From: Flavobacteriales bacterium
GTDB lineage: Bacteria; Bacteroidota; Bacteroidia; Flavobacteriales_F; PHOS-HE28
Length of the DNA: 58,036 nt
Reading direction: 5' to 3'
NCBI GenBank assembly: GCA_019638075.1
Contig: JAHBUM010000001.1
Span: forward strand, 1-58,036
Positions within the stretch are counted from its first letter, which is position 1; every line of letters begins with the position of its first letter. The translations under genes and the position numbers were made by a program. Below the pieces are notes generated by a model that was given only the letters and a program-made list of their open reading frames with translations, was not told where the DNA came from and ran no database searches. This document shows positions 41,854 through 52,700 of the stretch, piece after piece.

Positions 41854-44800
41854 CTACTCCACCACAACCCTTACACCTTCGCTGTGTGACGAAAACTCCG
41901 GTGCATACATGCACATCGCGGTGGTAAGCCCATTGCTCATGTCGCCTGCGTGGGTCACTTTCAGTTCGTACTCGAACACGTAGGTGCCCGGCGCGATGCG
42001 GTCGAAGAAGAAGTGCATGCCCGCGTCGCGGATGCTTTGGTAATAGCCGAGGCCGCCCTGCCACTTGTAGCCGCTGAGAGCTTCCACAGGCTCCAGCCCG
42101 GCCGCGCGTTGGTCCTTCAGGTGTACGTAGTCGAGGTGGCGGTCGGTGCGCAGTTCGATGCGGATGGTGATGCGGTCGCCGGGGGATAGCTTGGCATTCC
42201 CGCCCAACTCCACCAACTGCGGACCCGCATCGGTGGGCTTCTTCAGCAGCACCTGTTTCTTCAGGCTGAAGGGACTCTCATGCGGCGTCACCTTGTCCAT
42301 GCGTTCGAGGTATTGCCAGTGCAGCGCGCCCCATTGCACACCATCCTTCGCGGTGCTTACCGTTACACGGCCCATGCTTGGCTTGATGGCTTCGCCGGTC
42401 CAGCGCTCCTCGAAGTAGCCGGTGCCCGCTTCCGCCTTGTCCGGTTTCACGGTGTGGTCGCCCACTTTGATCGTTGGCGCATTGTCGGTGGTGAGCCAGT
42501 CATCACCGGTCAGGAGTAGCGCGTAGCAGGCATCGGCCGTGGCTTTGGTGGTCTTCCAATCGGTGGTCTGCTTCAGCTTCAACAGGTACTGGCGTAGTTG
42601 GTCCACGCTGGCCTTGTCCTTGCCCACTTCGTGGAAGGCTTCGATCAGGAGGGCATGCGTTTCCGTCGGGAATTCATTCCATACGTAACCCGCGTTGAAG
42701 CCCTTCCAGTACATGCCCAACTCTTCGCTGCGTGTGGCGCGTTCACCCAGCGACTTCAGGATGAGCTGTGCGGTGGTCTTGTCGCCGAGGCGGTCGAAGG
42801 CCAGTGCGAGCATCGCCTGTTCCTGTAGACCGCGCTGCACCCATGTTTCCTTGCAACGCGCGGCATAGAAGTCGATGGCCGTGCGCGTGGTGCCGTCGAT
42901 GGGCCAGCGTCGGAAGAAGGTGCGCGTGTACAACAGGTGTGCTTCCAACGCACCGGGCACGTACTTCTCGCGATCCTCGGGTTTCGTGTTCTTCACCAGT
43001 TCGCGGTAGCTGCGGTCCACATCGGCATCGAGCCACTGCACGGCGCGGCGCACCATCTGCTCGTTCGGTCCATCGCCGCGTGTATCGGCGGCCTTCAACG
43101 TTTCGAGATGCCCGAATCCCGCCACGATGTGCTGCGTGATGTAGCGGCTTTCGCGCATGCCGCTCCACCACGGCCATGCACCGTTCGGCAGTTGCATGTC
43201 GCGCAGTTTCTTCAGCGATGCCTGCTCTTCCGAGGCCATGCGTTGCATGTCGAAGAAGAGGGCGATGCGGCGCTTGCGTTCACCTTCGTCCTTCGCGTTG
43301 AGCACCCACGGTGTTCCTTCCAGCACCACGCTCTTCAGCTCGGGGTTCTTTTCGAGGGCGGAGAGAAATGCACCCTCACCCCCCGGCCCCCTCTCCGAGG
43401 GAGAAGGGGAACGCCATTGCTCGAACACAGTGCGCACAACGGGTCGTTGCTCCACGATGTGTGTGGCGAGGCGGTTGGCGTAGTAGCGGCTGAAGGTCTG
43501 CTCGGCGCATTCGTGCGGGAACTCCATCAGGTAGGGCAATGCCTGCACCGCGTACCATGCGGGGTTGGGTGTGAATTCCAGCTTGAGGCTGCGCTGTTGC
43601 AACGTGGTGCTGGTGTTCTTCACGAGCTTGTCCAGCGTGAATGTCTTGGTGCCTGCTTTCGTTACCGGCAACGGCAGGCTTTCGGTCACGAGCACCTTGT
43701 CCGTAAGCACCGGCAGCGGACGTTCTTCGCCATCGCTGATGCCCACTTGTACGGGCTTGCTTCGCTTCCGGCTTCTTGACCGCCGGGTGGGTGTGGCTGA
43801 CTGCTCCGTGGCTACGATGCGCACGCTCACCACGTCCACGTCTTCGGGCACGGTGATGGGCCACGCGGCCGTCGCGCTCGCCCCCGGCGCTGCGGTGAAC
43901 GCCTGTTCGGTGCGCTGCTGCGTGAAGCGCGTGGTGATCTCCCTGCCGCTCACCGGATCGAAGAGCGAGAGACGCACATTGCCATGTACGGTGCCTTCGG
44001 TCGCGTTGATCTTGGCGGTGAGCGTGATGCGGTCGCCGTGGCGCAGGTAGCGCGGCAGGTTGGGCACCACCATCAGCGGCTTGCTCGTGGTGGCCTGCTT
44101 GCTGAACTGCGCAAGCTCCAACTCCTTCGTATGCGCAAGGCCCATCACCTTCCAGCGCGTGAGCGCATCGGGCGTGGTGAACCGCAACACCACGCTGCCA
44201 TCGCGGTCGGTGAGCAGGTCGGGGAAGAAGAAGGCCGTTTCGCGGAAGTCGGTGCGGATGGGCTGGGGTGCTGATACGTCCCCGGTCTGCCGATCGCTCT
44301 CCCACGACTCATCCAAAGGTTCGTGCGCTGCGGCGTTCTTCCCTTCGACATTACCACGCCAATCGAACATCCCAGATGCGTCAGCGGGAGCTGCCGCGTT
44401 GGCCACCGCACTCCGCATGACTGCACCATTGGGTTCATATAGGCGTCGATGATAGATCCGATGAGAATAAAAGGACGATAACTGTGGATACACCCAGTTC
44501 GTATCCCCCGGAAGCCCGATACCCGTGTTCCACATGCTGCCCTGCCGCGTCGCGAACGGCTCACTGCGCTGCCAACCGTACTCCGCTCCGTTCATCGGCC
44601 ATTGGAACATGCTCCACGCATGCGGCGTGAAATGATCCAGCGAGGCATCGTACATCACGGCGAGCAGTTGCGCGGCCACCTTCTCCTTTTTCGGACCGGT
44701 GATGCGCAGGCGCCATTCCTCCTTCGCGCCGGGCAGCAGCTTGTCGCGGAAGCTCATCCATTCCACCTGCAACTCCTTGTTGGTCCACGGCACGTCGATC

Positions 44801-47800
44801 GCGATGGTCTTCTGGTGCGCGCGGCCACGTTCCACACAGAGGAAATGCACGGCGAAGCCACCGCGATCGCTCTCCTGCACGGGCAGTTCGATCAACTGCT
44901 GGGTGTTGTTCAGTACGAACGAACGGCTCGCGGCGATGCGGCCATCGCGTTCCACTTCCATCAGCACGCGGCCCGCTGGTAGGGCGCTGCTCAACAACAA
45001 CACGGCCTTCTCTCCCGGCTCGCAACGCGCTTTCACGGCTTCCACGTGGAAGGCCTCGTCGATGAAGCCCGTGTTCTGGATCGCGGTGTCGTACAGCGTC
45101 ACCAGCCGCGCCACTTTCACCGGCACGCCGTGCGCATCCTTCGCCTCCACTTCGATGCGGTACATGCCCACGGTGAAGTCGTGCATGCCGTTCACTTGCA
45201 AGGCGCGGCCTTGTGCGCGATGATCCTTCAGCTCGAAGACCACCCGGCGTACCGGCCAGCTCATGGGATCATCGGCAAGGTGCGTGTTGGGCAATTCTCC
45301 TTCAAGGATGCGGTCCGGGCGCTCCCACAGGCGCTCGCGGCGCGGTGCATCCGGTGGCGGCACCAGTTCCACGATGCGGATGTCCATCGGCATGTCCACC
45401 TCTTCGCTGTTGAGGTTCTTCACGCGCACGTCGATGCTGTCGGTGGTGGCGCGGTCCAACGCTTCACCGATGCGCAGGTCGATGTCGATGCTGCGGTAGG
45501 CGAGGCTGAGGCTCGTTGTTCCTGTCTGTGTTTCGCCGCTGATGTCGGTGGCATCGGCGGTGATGGAGAAGGTGAACGAAGGGTCGGACTTCTGCGGGAA
45601 TGCCTTGTCCGCTTCGGCTTGGAAGGTGACGGTGAAGCGGCCCTGCGCATCGCACACCGCAGTGCCACTCGCCACTTCGGTGCTGCGGCCCCACGGTAGT
45701 CCGCGCCAGCCCCAGCCGCACCACCACGGCATCATCGCGCTGCGGTCCGCATGCCAGTACACGGTGGCGCCATCGAGCGGCACACCGGCGTAGCTCTTCG
45801 CCGTGCCAGTGATCGTTACATCACCGCCGAGCTTCGGGGTGCCCGCGATCGGATCGAAGACCACCTCGAAGGTGGGGCGCTTGTATTCCTCCACCTGTAT
45901 GTACGCGCTGCCATGCTTTTCTTCGATGCGCATGCCGCCGGTGAGCGTGCCCGCAGGCGTGGTGAACTTCCCGTGGAACGCGCCGAAGTCATCGGTGGTC
46001 ACGTTCGCAGAATCGATCAGCTGTCCGTTCACATCGAAGAAGCGCACCACCGTTCGCAGCCCCGCCCTCACACCGGCCTGCTTGGCCTTGCGCGATACCA
46101 CGATGCCCTTGAAGAGCAGTTCCTGACCGGGGCGATAGATCGCGCGATCGGTGAAGAGGAAGGTGCGTACCTCTTCCTGCGGCTCGGCCATCGCGCGGCC
46201 GTAGTTCCATTGCTCGCCCGTGCGGTAGCGGTCGGCGCCCTGATCGAAGACGTGGTACACCGGCAGGTGATCGGTCAATGCGGGGAACTTCACGCGGCCT
46301 TCGGCATCGGTGATGGCGTCGCCCGCGCGCTCATGGGTCCGCTGTTGCGACCATAGCTCGGAGCGTTTCCAGCGGACCACCTTCACCCCGGCACGCGGCG
46401 CACCCGTGGCACGGTCCAGCACGATGGCCTCGGCCTCCTGCTTCACCGTGCGGTGCGTTACAGCGAAGCCTGTGACCCAGAAGAAGGCATGGGCCTGCGC
46501 ACCCTGCTCCGCGCGGAAGACGCCATCGCGCGCCACCAAGATCGCATACTGACCAGCGGGCAGCGCAGCCACCGGAAGCTCGATCGCATGCTCGTTCAGG
46601 TCGCCATCATCGGGCAGTTCCACGGCCCATTCCTTCACGGGCTTCTGGCCCACCAGCCACTTCTCCAGTTCGTTGCGCACGGGCTCCTCCTCATCGCGCA
46701 AGCGGATCACGCGCACGCCCACCTTGGGCACGTTGCGGTAGTACACGGCGATCGCGAAGTCCTTGTCCGGCACGTTGGCCTCCTCCACTTGGATGCGCAG
46801 CGACGGAAGCTCCAGTTCCGCTTTCAACTGCGCACACCGCCTCGCACCGAACGAGCCGGGGAAACGGGCGATCTCCTCTTCGCACAAAGTGTGGGCCGTG
46901 CGGTTCTCCCATTTCCACGCATCATCGGCCAGCCGTTGGTAGTTGCCACCCTGTTCCTTGTGCCACAGCGCCACGGCATGCGTCACCTCGGCGCGGCAAC
47001 TGTCGTTGGGCAGGCGGCTGCGCAGCGTGTTGAGGGCTTCGAGATACAGCGTATCTTTTTCAGGCACCACGCTGTTCTCGCGCACGTAGGCGAGGCGTTG
47101 CAGGGTGACATCCACCAGCGCATCGGGGGCGTTCGCGTTGAGGTGCGCGCGCTCCAGCCGCTGGTACAGGCGCAGGGCTTGGAACTCCCATGCCGTGCTA
47201 TCGCGATGTGCGAGCGCGCGGAACACGAAGGGCTCGAAGAGCGCGAAGTCCTTCGGGTCGTCCAGCTTGAAGCGCCACGCCGGTTCGGTGATGCGCGTTT
47301 CGCTGTTGGTGAACACTTCCAATGCGCGGTGGGCAAGCACATCGAACACGGTGGGGCGCAGGTGCAATGCCGTTCCTTCCCCCACGAGCAGTGCGCCCAG
47401 ATCGCCCACGGGGATGCGCAGCAATGTGTCCGCAGGGTCCAGCGAGGCGCGGTAATGCGCGATCACCTTGTCCATGTACATGCGTTGCGTCCATGTGGCG
47501 GGATCGTCGGTGGGCACGGCCAGTTCGGTGCGCTCAAGGATGTTCCAGCTATCTTCCTCGTACCGCTGCCACCACCCTTCTGCCACGGTGGAATGCATCA
47601 ATTGTTTCAACGGCACCGGCGCAGAAGCAGCGCGTGCCTCCATGGCGAACAGCACGCTGTCGGCGGAGCCGCCGGAGGCCTCGATGAAGGCGCTGCGCTG
47701 GCACCATGCACGATACTCGTTGCGCCAATCGCCGACGATGAGCGCTTCGGCGAGAAGCTCCTCGGTGCGCTTGAGCGCGCTGGCGTACTGTCCGAGGCGT

Positions 47801-47931
47801 TGCAACGAATCCACGGCCGTCCAGCGTGGGTCGGGTGTGCTGGCGCCCGTGCTCACGGCTTCGCGCTTGGAACGGCAGGTGATGAGCAGCAGGGCGAACG
47901 AAAGCAGTAGTATGGTGCGGGCAAGGCGCAT
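41854..47931 (-). CDS. alpha-2-macroglobulin family lipoprotein with intact thioester motif
   Basis: 2025 aa from ATG 47931 (MRLARTILLLSFALLLITC lipobox). CAEQ thioester (FPHECAEQTF) encoded at 43498-43509. Size and MG-domain-like beta content fit the bacterial YfhM/ECAM type. Confidence 0.85.
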   Translation of the reverse strand: MRLARTILLLSFALLLITCRSKREAVSTGASTPDPRWTAVDSLQRLGQYASALKRTEELLAEALIVGDWRNEYRAWCQRSAFIEASGGSADSVLFAMEARAASAPVPLKQLMHSTVAEGWWQRYEEDSWNILERTELAVPTDDPATWTQRMYMDKVIAHYRASLDPADTLLRIPVGDLGALLVGEGTALHLRPTVFDVLAHRALEVFTNSETRITEPAWRFKLDDPKDFALFEPFVFRALAHRDSTAWEFQALRLYQRLERAHLNANAPDALVDVTLQRLAYVRENSVVPEKDTLYLEALNTLRSRLPNDSCRAEVTHAVALWHKEQGGNYQRLADDAWKWENRTAHTLCEEEIARFPGSFGARRCAQLKAELELPSLRIQVEEANVPDKDFAIAVYYRNVPKVGVRVIRLRDEEEPVRNELEKWLVGQKPVKEWAVELPDDGDLNEHAIELPVAALPAGQYAILVARDGVFRAEQGAQAHAFFWVTGFAVTHRTVKQEAEAIVLDRATGAPRAGVKVVRWKRSELWSQQRTHERAGDAITDAEGRVKFPALTDHLPVYHVFDQGADRYRTGEQWNYGRAMAEPQEEVRTFLFTDRAIYRPGQELLFKGIVVSRKAKQAGVRAGLRTVVRFFDVNGQLIDSANVTTDDFGAFHGKFTTPAGTLTGGMRIEEKHGSAYIQVEEYKRPTFEVVFDPIAGTPKLGGDVTITGTAKSYAGVPLDGATVYWHADRSAMMPWWCGWGWRGLPWGRSTEVASGTAVCDAQGRFTVTFQAEADKAFPQKSDPSFTFSITADATDISGETQTGTTSLSLAYRSIDIDLRIGEALDRATTDSIDVRVKNLNSEEVDMPMDIRIVELVPPPDAPRRERLWERPDRILEGELPNTHLADDPMSWPVRRVVFELKDHRAQGRALQVNGMHDFTVGMYRIEVEAKDAHGVPVKVARLVTLYDTAIQNTGFIDEAFHVEAVKARCEPGEKAVLLLSSALPAGRVLMEVERDGRIAASRSFVLNNTQQLIELPVQESDRGGFAVHFLCVERGRAHQKTIAIDVPWTNKELQVEWMSFRDKLLPGAKEEWRLRITGPKKEKVAAQLLAVMYDASLDHFTPHAWSMFQWPMNGAEYGWQRSEPFATRQGSMWNTGIGLPGDTNWVYPQLSSFYSHRIYHRRLYEPNGAVMRSAVANAAAPADASGMFDWRGNVEGKNAAAHEPLDESWESDRQTGDVSAPQPIRTDFRETAFFFPDLLTDRDGSVVLRFTTPDALTRWKVMGLAHTKELELAQFSKQATTSKPLMVVPNLPRYLRHGDRITLTAKINATEGTVHGNVRLSLFDPVSGREITTRFTQQRTEQAFTAAPGASATAAWPITVPEDVDVVSVRIVATEQSATPTRRSRSRKRSKPVQVGISDGEERPLPVLTDKVLVTESLPLPVTKAGTKTFTLDKLVKNTSTTLQQRSLKLEFTPNPAWYAVQALPYLMEFPHECAEQTFSRYYANRLATHIVEQRPVVRTVFEQWRSPSPSERGPGGEGAFLSALEKNPELKSVVLEGTPWVLNAKDEGERKRRIALFFDMQRMASEEQASLKKLRDMQLPNGAWPWWSGMRESRYITQHIVAGFGHLETLKAADTRGDGPNEQMVRRAVQWLDADVDRSYRELVKNTKPEDREKYVPGALEAHLLYTRTFFRRWPIDGTTRTAIDFYAARCKETWVQRGLQEQAMLALAFDRLGDKTTAQLILKSLGERATRSEELGMYWKGFNAGYVWNEFPTETHALLIEAFHEVGKDKASVDQLRQYLLKLKQTTDWKTTKATADACYALLLTGDDWLTTDNAPTIKVGDHTVKPDKAEAGTGYFEERWTGEAIKPSMGRVTVSTAKDGVQWGALHWQYLERMDKVTPHESPFSLKKQVLLKKPTDAGPQLVELGGNAKLSPGDRITIRIELRTDRHLDYVHLKDQRAAGLEPVEALSGYKWQGGLGYYQSIRDAGMHFFFDRIAPGTYVFEYELKVTHAGDMSNGLTTAMCMYAPEFSSHSEGVRVVVE

Positions 47932-48082
47932 GCGTGTTGGGTTCGGATGCAAAGGTCCGAACGTTCGTGGAAGGGATAACGTGTTTGGGCGAAGGATGAT
48001 GTGGAGGTGGGCGCGATGCCGCATGACGGCCATGGTGCGTAGCCGCTGGCCATGTTGATGCGCGTCACGCCATCTTTGTGCC

Positions 48083-48628
48083 ATGCGGGTCCCAACGGCC
48101 CTGTTGATAGGCACGCTCATAGCAGCTTGTTCCACTGCGGATCATCCCAATAGCGGGTCCTTGGAGGCTACGTCCGTTGAAGCTGAGCCTGTTCCTGTGG
48201 AGGGTCTCGACGCGGATGAGGAATACGACCCCACGATGGGCCATGCCGAGTTCCATGTCACCATCGCGGACACGAGCCATGACTTCGCCCGCTTGGAAGC
48301 GTTGATGCAGGAGCTGGCGGCGACCCTTCCGGCCAGCATCGACATGATGGGCCGCCGCTACCATCCCGAACGCGACTCGTTGTTGCTGCCCTTCGACGAT
48401 GCCGATGAGCTTTACGCTGGATCCTATTTCCCCCGTCGCTTCCCATCGGGAGACCTGAGCATCGAGTACCTTGACAACTACACGACCGCGTCGCCGGGTG
48501 CATTCGCGTTGGTGACCGGTATCTGGGAGACCTCGCAACAGGCCGACTCCGCGTTGCGGGGGCTGGCCCCCATGGCACCTTCCGCGTTCACTGTGCAGGC
48601 GGAGTTGTTCTTGGGGTGCATGCATTGA
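48083..48628 (+). CDS. hypothetical lipoprotein
   Basis: 181 aa. MRVPTALLIGTLIAAC lipobox. No family recognised. Confidence 0.5.
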   Translation: MRVPTALLIGTLIAACSTADHPNSGSLEATSVEAEPVPVEGLDADEEYDPTMGHAEFHVTIADTSHDFARLEALMQELAATLPASIDMMGRRYHPERDSLLLPFDDADELYAGSYFPRRFPSGDLSIEYLDNYTTASPGAFALVTGIWETSQQADSALRGLAPMAPSAFTVQAELFLGCMH

Positions 48629-48638
48629 GGGTGCGGTG

Positions 48639-48665
48639 CAATTGCGAATTGCTAATTGCTAATTG
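48639..48665. repeat. tandem heptamer repeat (N)AATTGC, about 4 copies
   Basis: caattgc gaattgc taattgc taattg read directly from sequence, in the convergent intergenic spacer. Confidence 0.6.
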
Positions 48666-48748
48666 ATCCATTCCGGCTGTGGCGCTCACCTACGGTGCGG
48701 GCACAGCGTATGCCGCACGATAGGCCCTATCAGCAATTCACGATCGCA

Positions 48749-49738
48749 TCAGAACGCACTGCTCGTCGCCCTGCGATCACGTCCCGAGTGCATGCCATAG
48801 TACATCAGCGAGAACTCGAACGCGCCGTTCCTGCGTGTGTAGTTCTTCAGCGACGATACGTTGGCGTCGTAGCTGAAGCGGTAGTAGATGTTCTTGTGCT
48901 TAAGCCCCGCATGCGCGATGATGGCATCGTTCAATCGGTACGCCACACCGGCCAGCACGCTGTACACCGAGCCGCCGAGGCCCACTTCGCTCATCACGCC
49001 CACGTTCACCTGTTGGTCCGCACGCTGACGCATGTAGAGGGCGGACGGTGAGATGTACGTGTTCTGCACCACCTCGATCCGCGCACCAGCGTTCACCGAA
49101 TACCGGATGGGCAGATCGCTTTGCGTGGTGCGCATGAGCGATTCGTTCGGCGTGTTCACGTGGAACATGGCGAAGTTGGCGAAGGGGTTCACGCGTTTCC
49201 GCGCGTTCGTCGACTTATAGGATACACCACCAGCGATGTCCAGCATCAGCCGTGACCAGCGTTGGATCAGTTCGCCCGATGGCAGATCGGTGTTGAAGTA
49301 GCCGTTGTCGTACTGCGCATCCCAGACGAGCTGCTGGTCGTTCATCTTCTTGTAGACGATGCCGATGTTGAAGCCACCCGAAAGGATGTAGCGCGAGTCG
49401 CGACCGGCCACGTTGTAGGCTGCCGAAAGGCCGCTCTGGAACGTGTTCAGGATACCGGCCATGTTGTAGTTGTTCAGGTACATGCCGATACCATAGCGGT
49501 CCTGCATGGCCACGTCGTAGCCGAAACCCGTGGTGGTGAAACTGCTGGAAAGGCTGTTCCACTGGCTGCGCACGTTGCTGGTCATGCGGAAGTCCGCATT
49601 GCTGTACATGCCGGTGAGCGCGGGATTGAGCAGGGCGGGTGCCGCGTCGTAATGCGACAGGTGGCCGTCCTGGGCTTGAAGGGCTCCCGCAGTGCAGAGT
49701 GTGAAAGCGAGCGCGATCCTGTTCATTTTGTTGGTCAT
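48749..49738 (-). CDS. PorP/SprF family type IX secretion system membrane protein
   Basis: 329 aa. Signal peptide, then QDGHLSHYDAAPALLNPALTGMY...FRMTSNVRSQWNSL is the PorP/SprF N-terminal signature. Sits 12 nt downstream of a type-B CTD cargo gene. Confidence 0.85.
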   Translation of the reverse strand: MTNKMNRIALAFTLCTAGALQAQDGHLSHYDAAPALLNPALTGMYSNADFRMTSNVRSQWNSLSSSFTTTGFGYDVAMQDRYGIGMYLNNYNMAGILNTFQSGLSAAYNVAGRDSRYILSGGFNIGIVYKKMNDQQLVWDAQYDNGYFNTDLPSGELIQRWSRLMLDIAGGVSYKSTNARKRVNPFANFAMFHVNTPNESLMRTTQSDLPIRYSVNAGARIEVVQNTYISPSALYMRQRADQQVNVGVMSEVGLGGSVYSVLAGVAYRLNDAIIAHAGLKHKNIYYRFSYDANVSSLKNYTRRNGAFEFSLMYYGMHSGRDRRATSSAF

Positions 49739-49750
49739 CTTGCTGCGGGT

Positions 49751-52700
49751 TTATCGGGTCAGTGTCACTTTGCCTGCGCGGTCATGCGTTTCGCCGGTCG
49801 TTGTCGTGGCGACCACGGAATACACATACACGCCGTTGATCTCGGCCTTGCCCTTGTGCGTTCCATCCCAGCCGGCCGTGGGATCGGTGGTCTCGAAGAC
49901 GAGCTCGCCCCAGCCGTTGTAGATCTTCAGTTCCATCGTCTCGAAGGGGCCGCCGCGCACGAAGAACACATCGTTCACGCCATCGCCGTTCGGGCTGAAC
50001 GCATTCGGCAGTTTCGGCGGCAGGATGTCCTTCACCTCGATGGTGATCAGCAGCGAGTCACGATCCATGCAGCCGTTCGCGTTCGTCACCGTTTGCACGA
50101 TGAGGTACTGGCCGGGCTGTGCGTACTCATGCACCGGTGAAGCGGTGATCGCTCCCTGACCATCGCCGAAGTCATAACGCCAGTTGGTGGCACCCATGGA
50201 TGTATCGGCGAAGGCGATCGGTGTCTCTGCAAGCAGTTCGCCGTCCATGCTGAACCCTGCGATCGGCGCAGCCAATACCTCGATGGTACGGGTGCTCGTG
50301 GCACTGCAACCGTTCTGCGCGAACACGGTGAGGGTGGCCGTGTATTCACCGGGAGCATCGAACGTCGCGTTCACCTGCGGCCCGTTGCCCGTGATGCCGT
50401 TGTCGAAGCTCCAGCTCCAACCGATGATGGGCGATCCGCTGGTGGTGCTGGCATCCATGAACCTCGTCTCCGATCCCGCGCAGGCGTTGGTGAGGCCGAA
50501 CGCCGGTTGCAGCGGGTTGGTGAACGAGAGGAACAGTGTGTCGCTGGCCGCCGCACACACACCGTTGCCGGTGGTGGTGAGGATCATGCGTACGGTTCCC
50601 AGTTGCTCATCCGTAGCACCGGGCTGATAGGTGGCGTTGAGGTCGGTATTGCTGGGGAGGAAGACACCAGCGCCGTTCGACGACCACAGCACACCGGCAG
50701 CACCTGTGGATGATGCACCAAGTTGAACAGCGGCCGAGGCATCGCACACGTTGATGTCGGCGCCTGCGCTCACCGTGGGCTTCTGTTGCAGGCTCACCAC
50801 CATGGTATCGGTGTGTGCCGGGCAGCCCATGTTGCCGGTCGTGGCCAGCACGAAGCGCAGTTCACCGAAGACCATGTCCGTGGCACTTGGCACGTAAGCC
50901 GCTCCGAGCGTGGTGTTATCCGGGAGGAAGGTGCCCGTACCCGTGGTGCTCCACACGCCGCCGCTCACACCGGTGATGGCGCCGTTCATCTGGATGGGGT
51001 TGCCATCGGCGCAGATCGACTGGTCGATGCCTGCATTGGCGATGCGCGTGGGTCCGATGTCCACGAAGAGCGAATCGGAGGTGTTGCCACAGGTGCCGGT
51101 ACCGTATCCGGTGAGGATCAGGTACACACCGCCTGCGATGCTGTCGTTGGCCGTGGGTGTGTACACCGCGTTGGTCACATCAGCCGCCGGGCTGAAGCTG
51201 CCCGTGCCCGTGGTGAACCACTGCACGCTTCCTGCGTTCTGCACAGCGCCATTGAGTTGAACATCTTCGAGGCCATCGCACAGGATCACACTCGCGCCTG
51301 CATCCACGGTCGGTGGCACGTGGTAGCTCACCACTAGGGTATCGCGACCAGCAGCACAGCCCTGGTTCTCGGTGGTGCGCAGGATCAGCGATACGTTGCC
51401 GATCACGAAATCCGCCGGACCGGGAACGTACGTTGCGTTGAGCGCTGTGGCACTTGGCGTGAACGAACCTGTTCCTGTTGTGCTCCAGATGCCGGTAGTG
51501 GTACCTGTGACCGCTCCGTTCAACACGATGTTCGGGTCGGTGCTGCATGCGATCACATCGGCACCGGCTGTTGCTGCGAGACCCCCGCCGAAGGTGATCA
51601 CGAGCTGGTCGCTCACTGCTGCGCACGGTGCTACACCAATGGTGGTTACGGTCAAAGTGATGCTGCCTGCCGTGCTATCTGCAGCGCTCGGCGTGTAGAG
51701 CGTGGTTAGGGCGTTAGTGTTCAAGAAGGTTCCCGTGCCGGAGGTGGTCCAGGTACCCGAAGGCGCGTTCACCGCATTGGCGATCAGCTGCACCGGTGCG
51801 GCCGTGCAGGCTACGATGTCCGCTCCCGCATTGATCTGTGGCAGCGCTTGAACACTTACCTGCATCACGTCGTTCACCGGGGCGCAGGAGCCATTGGTGA
51901 TCGTGGTCACGCGCAGTTGTACACCACCGTTGGCGATGTCCGCCGCACTCAACGTGTAGCTCGCTTGTGGATCGGTGGTGTTACTGAAGAAGCCGCTGCC
52001 ATTGCTGCTCCACAACACGCCCTGGGCTCCACCACTATAATTGGCGTTCAGTTGCACGAGCGGAGAGTTCGCGCACACCACTTGATCATCACCCGCGAAG
52101 GCAAAGCTGGTGTTGCCGAAGGTGAGCACCAGTTGGTCCTGTACCGGTGGGCATGTGCCCGTGTTGGTGCTGAGCAAGGTGAGCACCACGCTGCCGTTGG
52201 CCACGTCGGCCGCGGAGAAGTGGTACTGCGCGTTCAGCACATCCGGACCGGGCACGAAGGAACCCGTACCCGTGGCGGACCAAAGACCCGACGGCGAACC
52301 GTTGATGATCTGGCCTTGCAGTTGAGCGTAGGTGCCGAGCACACACACGCTCTGGTCGGGACCAGCGTTGGCGGCCAGGCCATCGGTGAGGTAGATCGTC
52401 ATCTGATCCGTCACCACGTTGCAGTTCGCGTTGTTCAGCGAGGTCAGCGTGAAGGTGATGGCACCCGCCGACACATCGGCCGCGCTGGCTGCGTAGGTGG
52501 TGCTGAGCGAACCGGCGTTGGCGATGGTGCCTGTACCGGTCGTGCTCCAGATGCCCGTGGTGGTGATACCGGAGATCACGCCGTTCAGGTCGAAGCTGCT
52601 CACCTGGTTGCAATAGGTCTGGTCGGCACCGGCGTGTACGGTGGGCGCAGGCGTCAATTCCAACACCAGCGCATCGGTGGCCGCATTGCAGCTATTGAGC

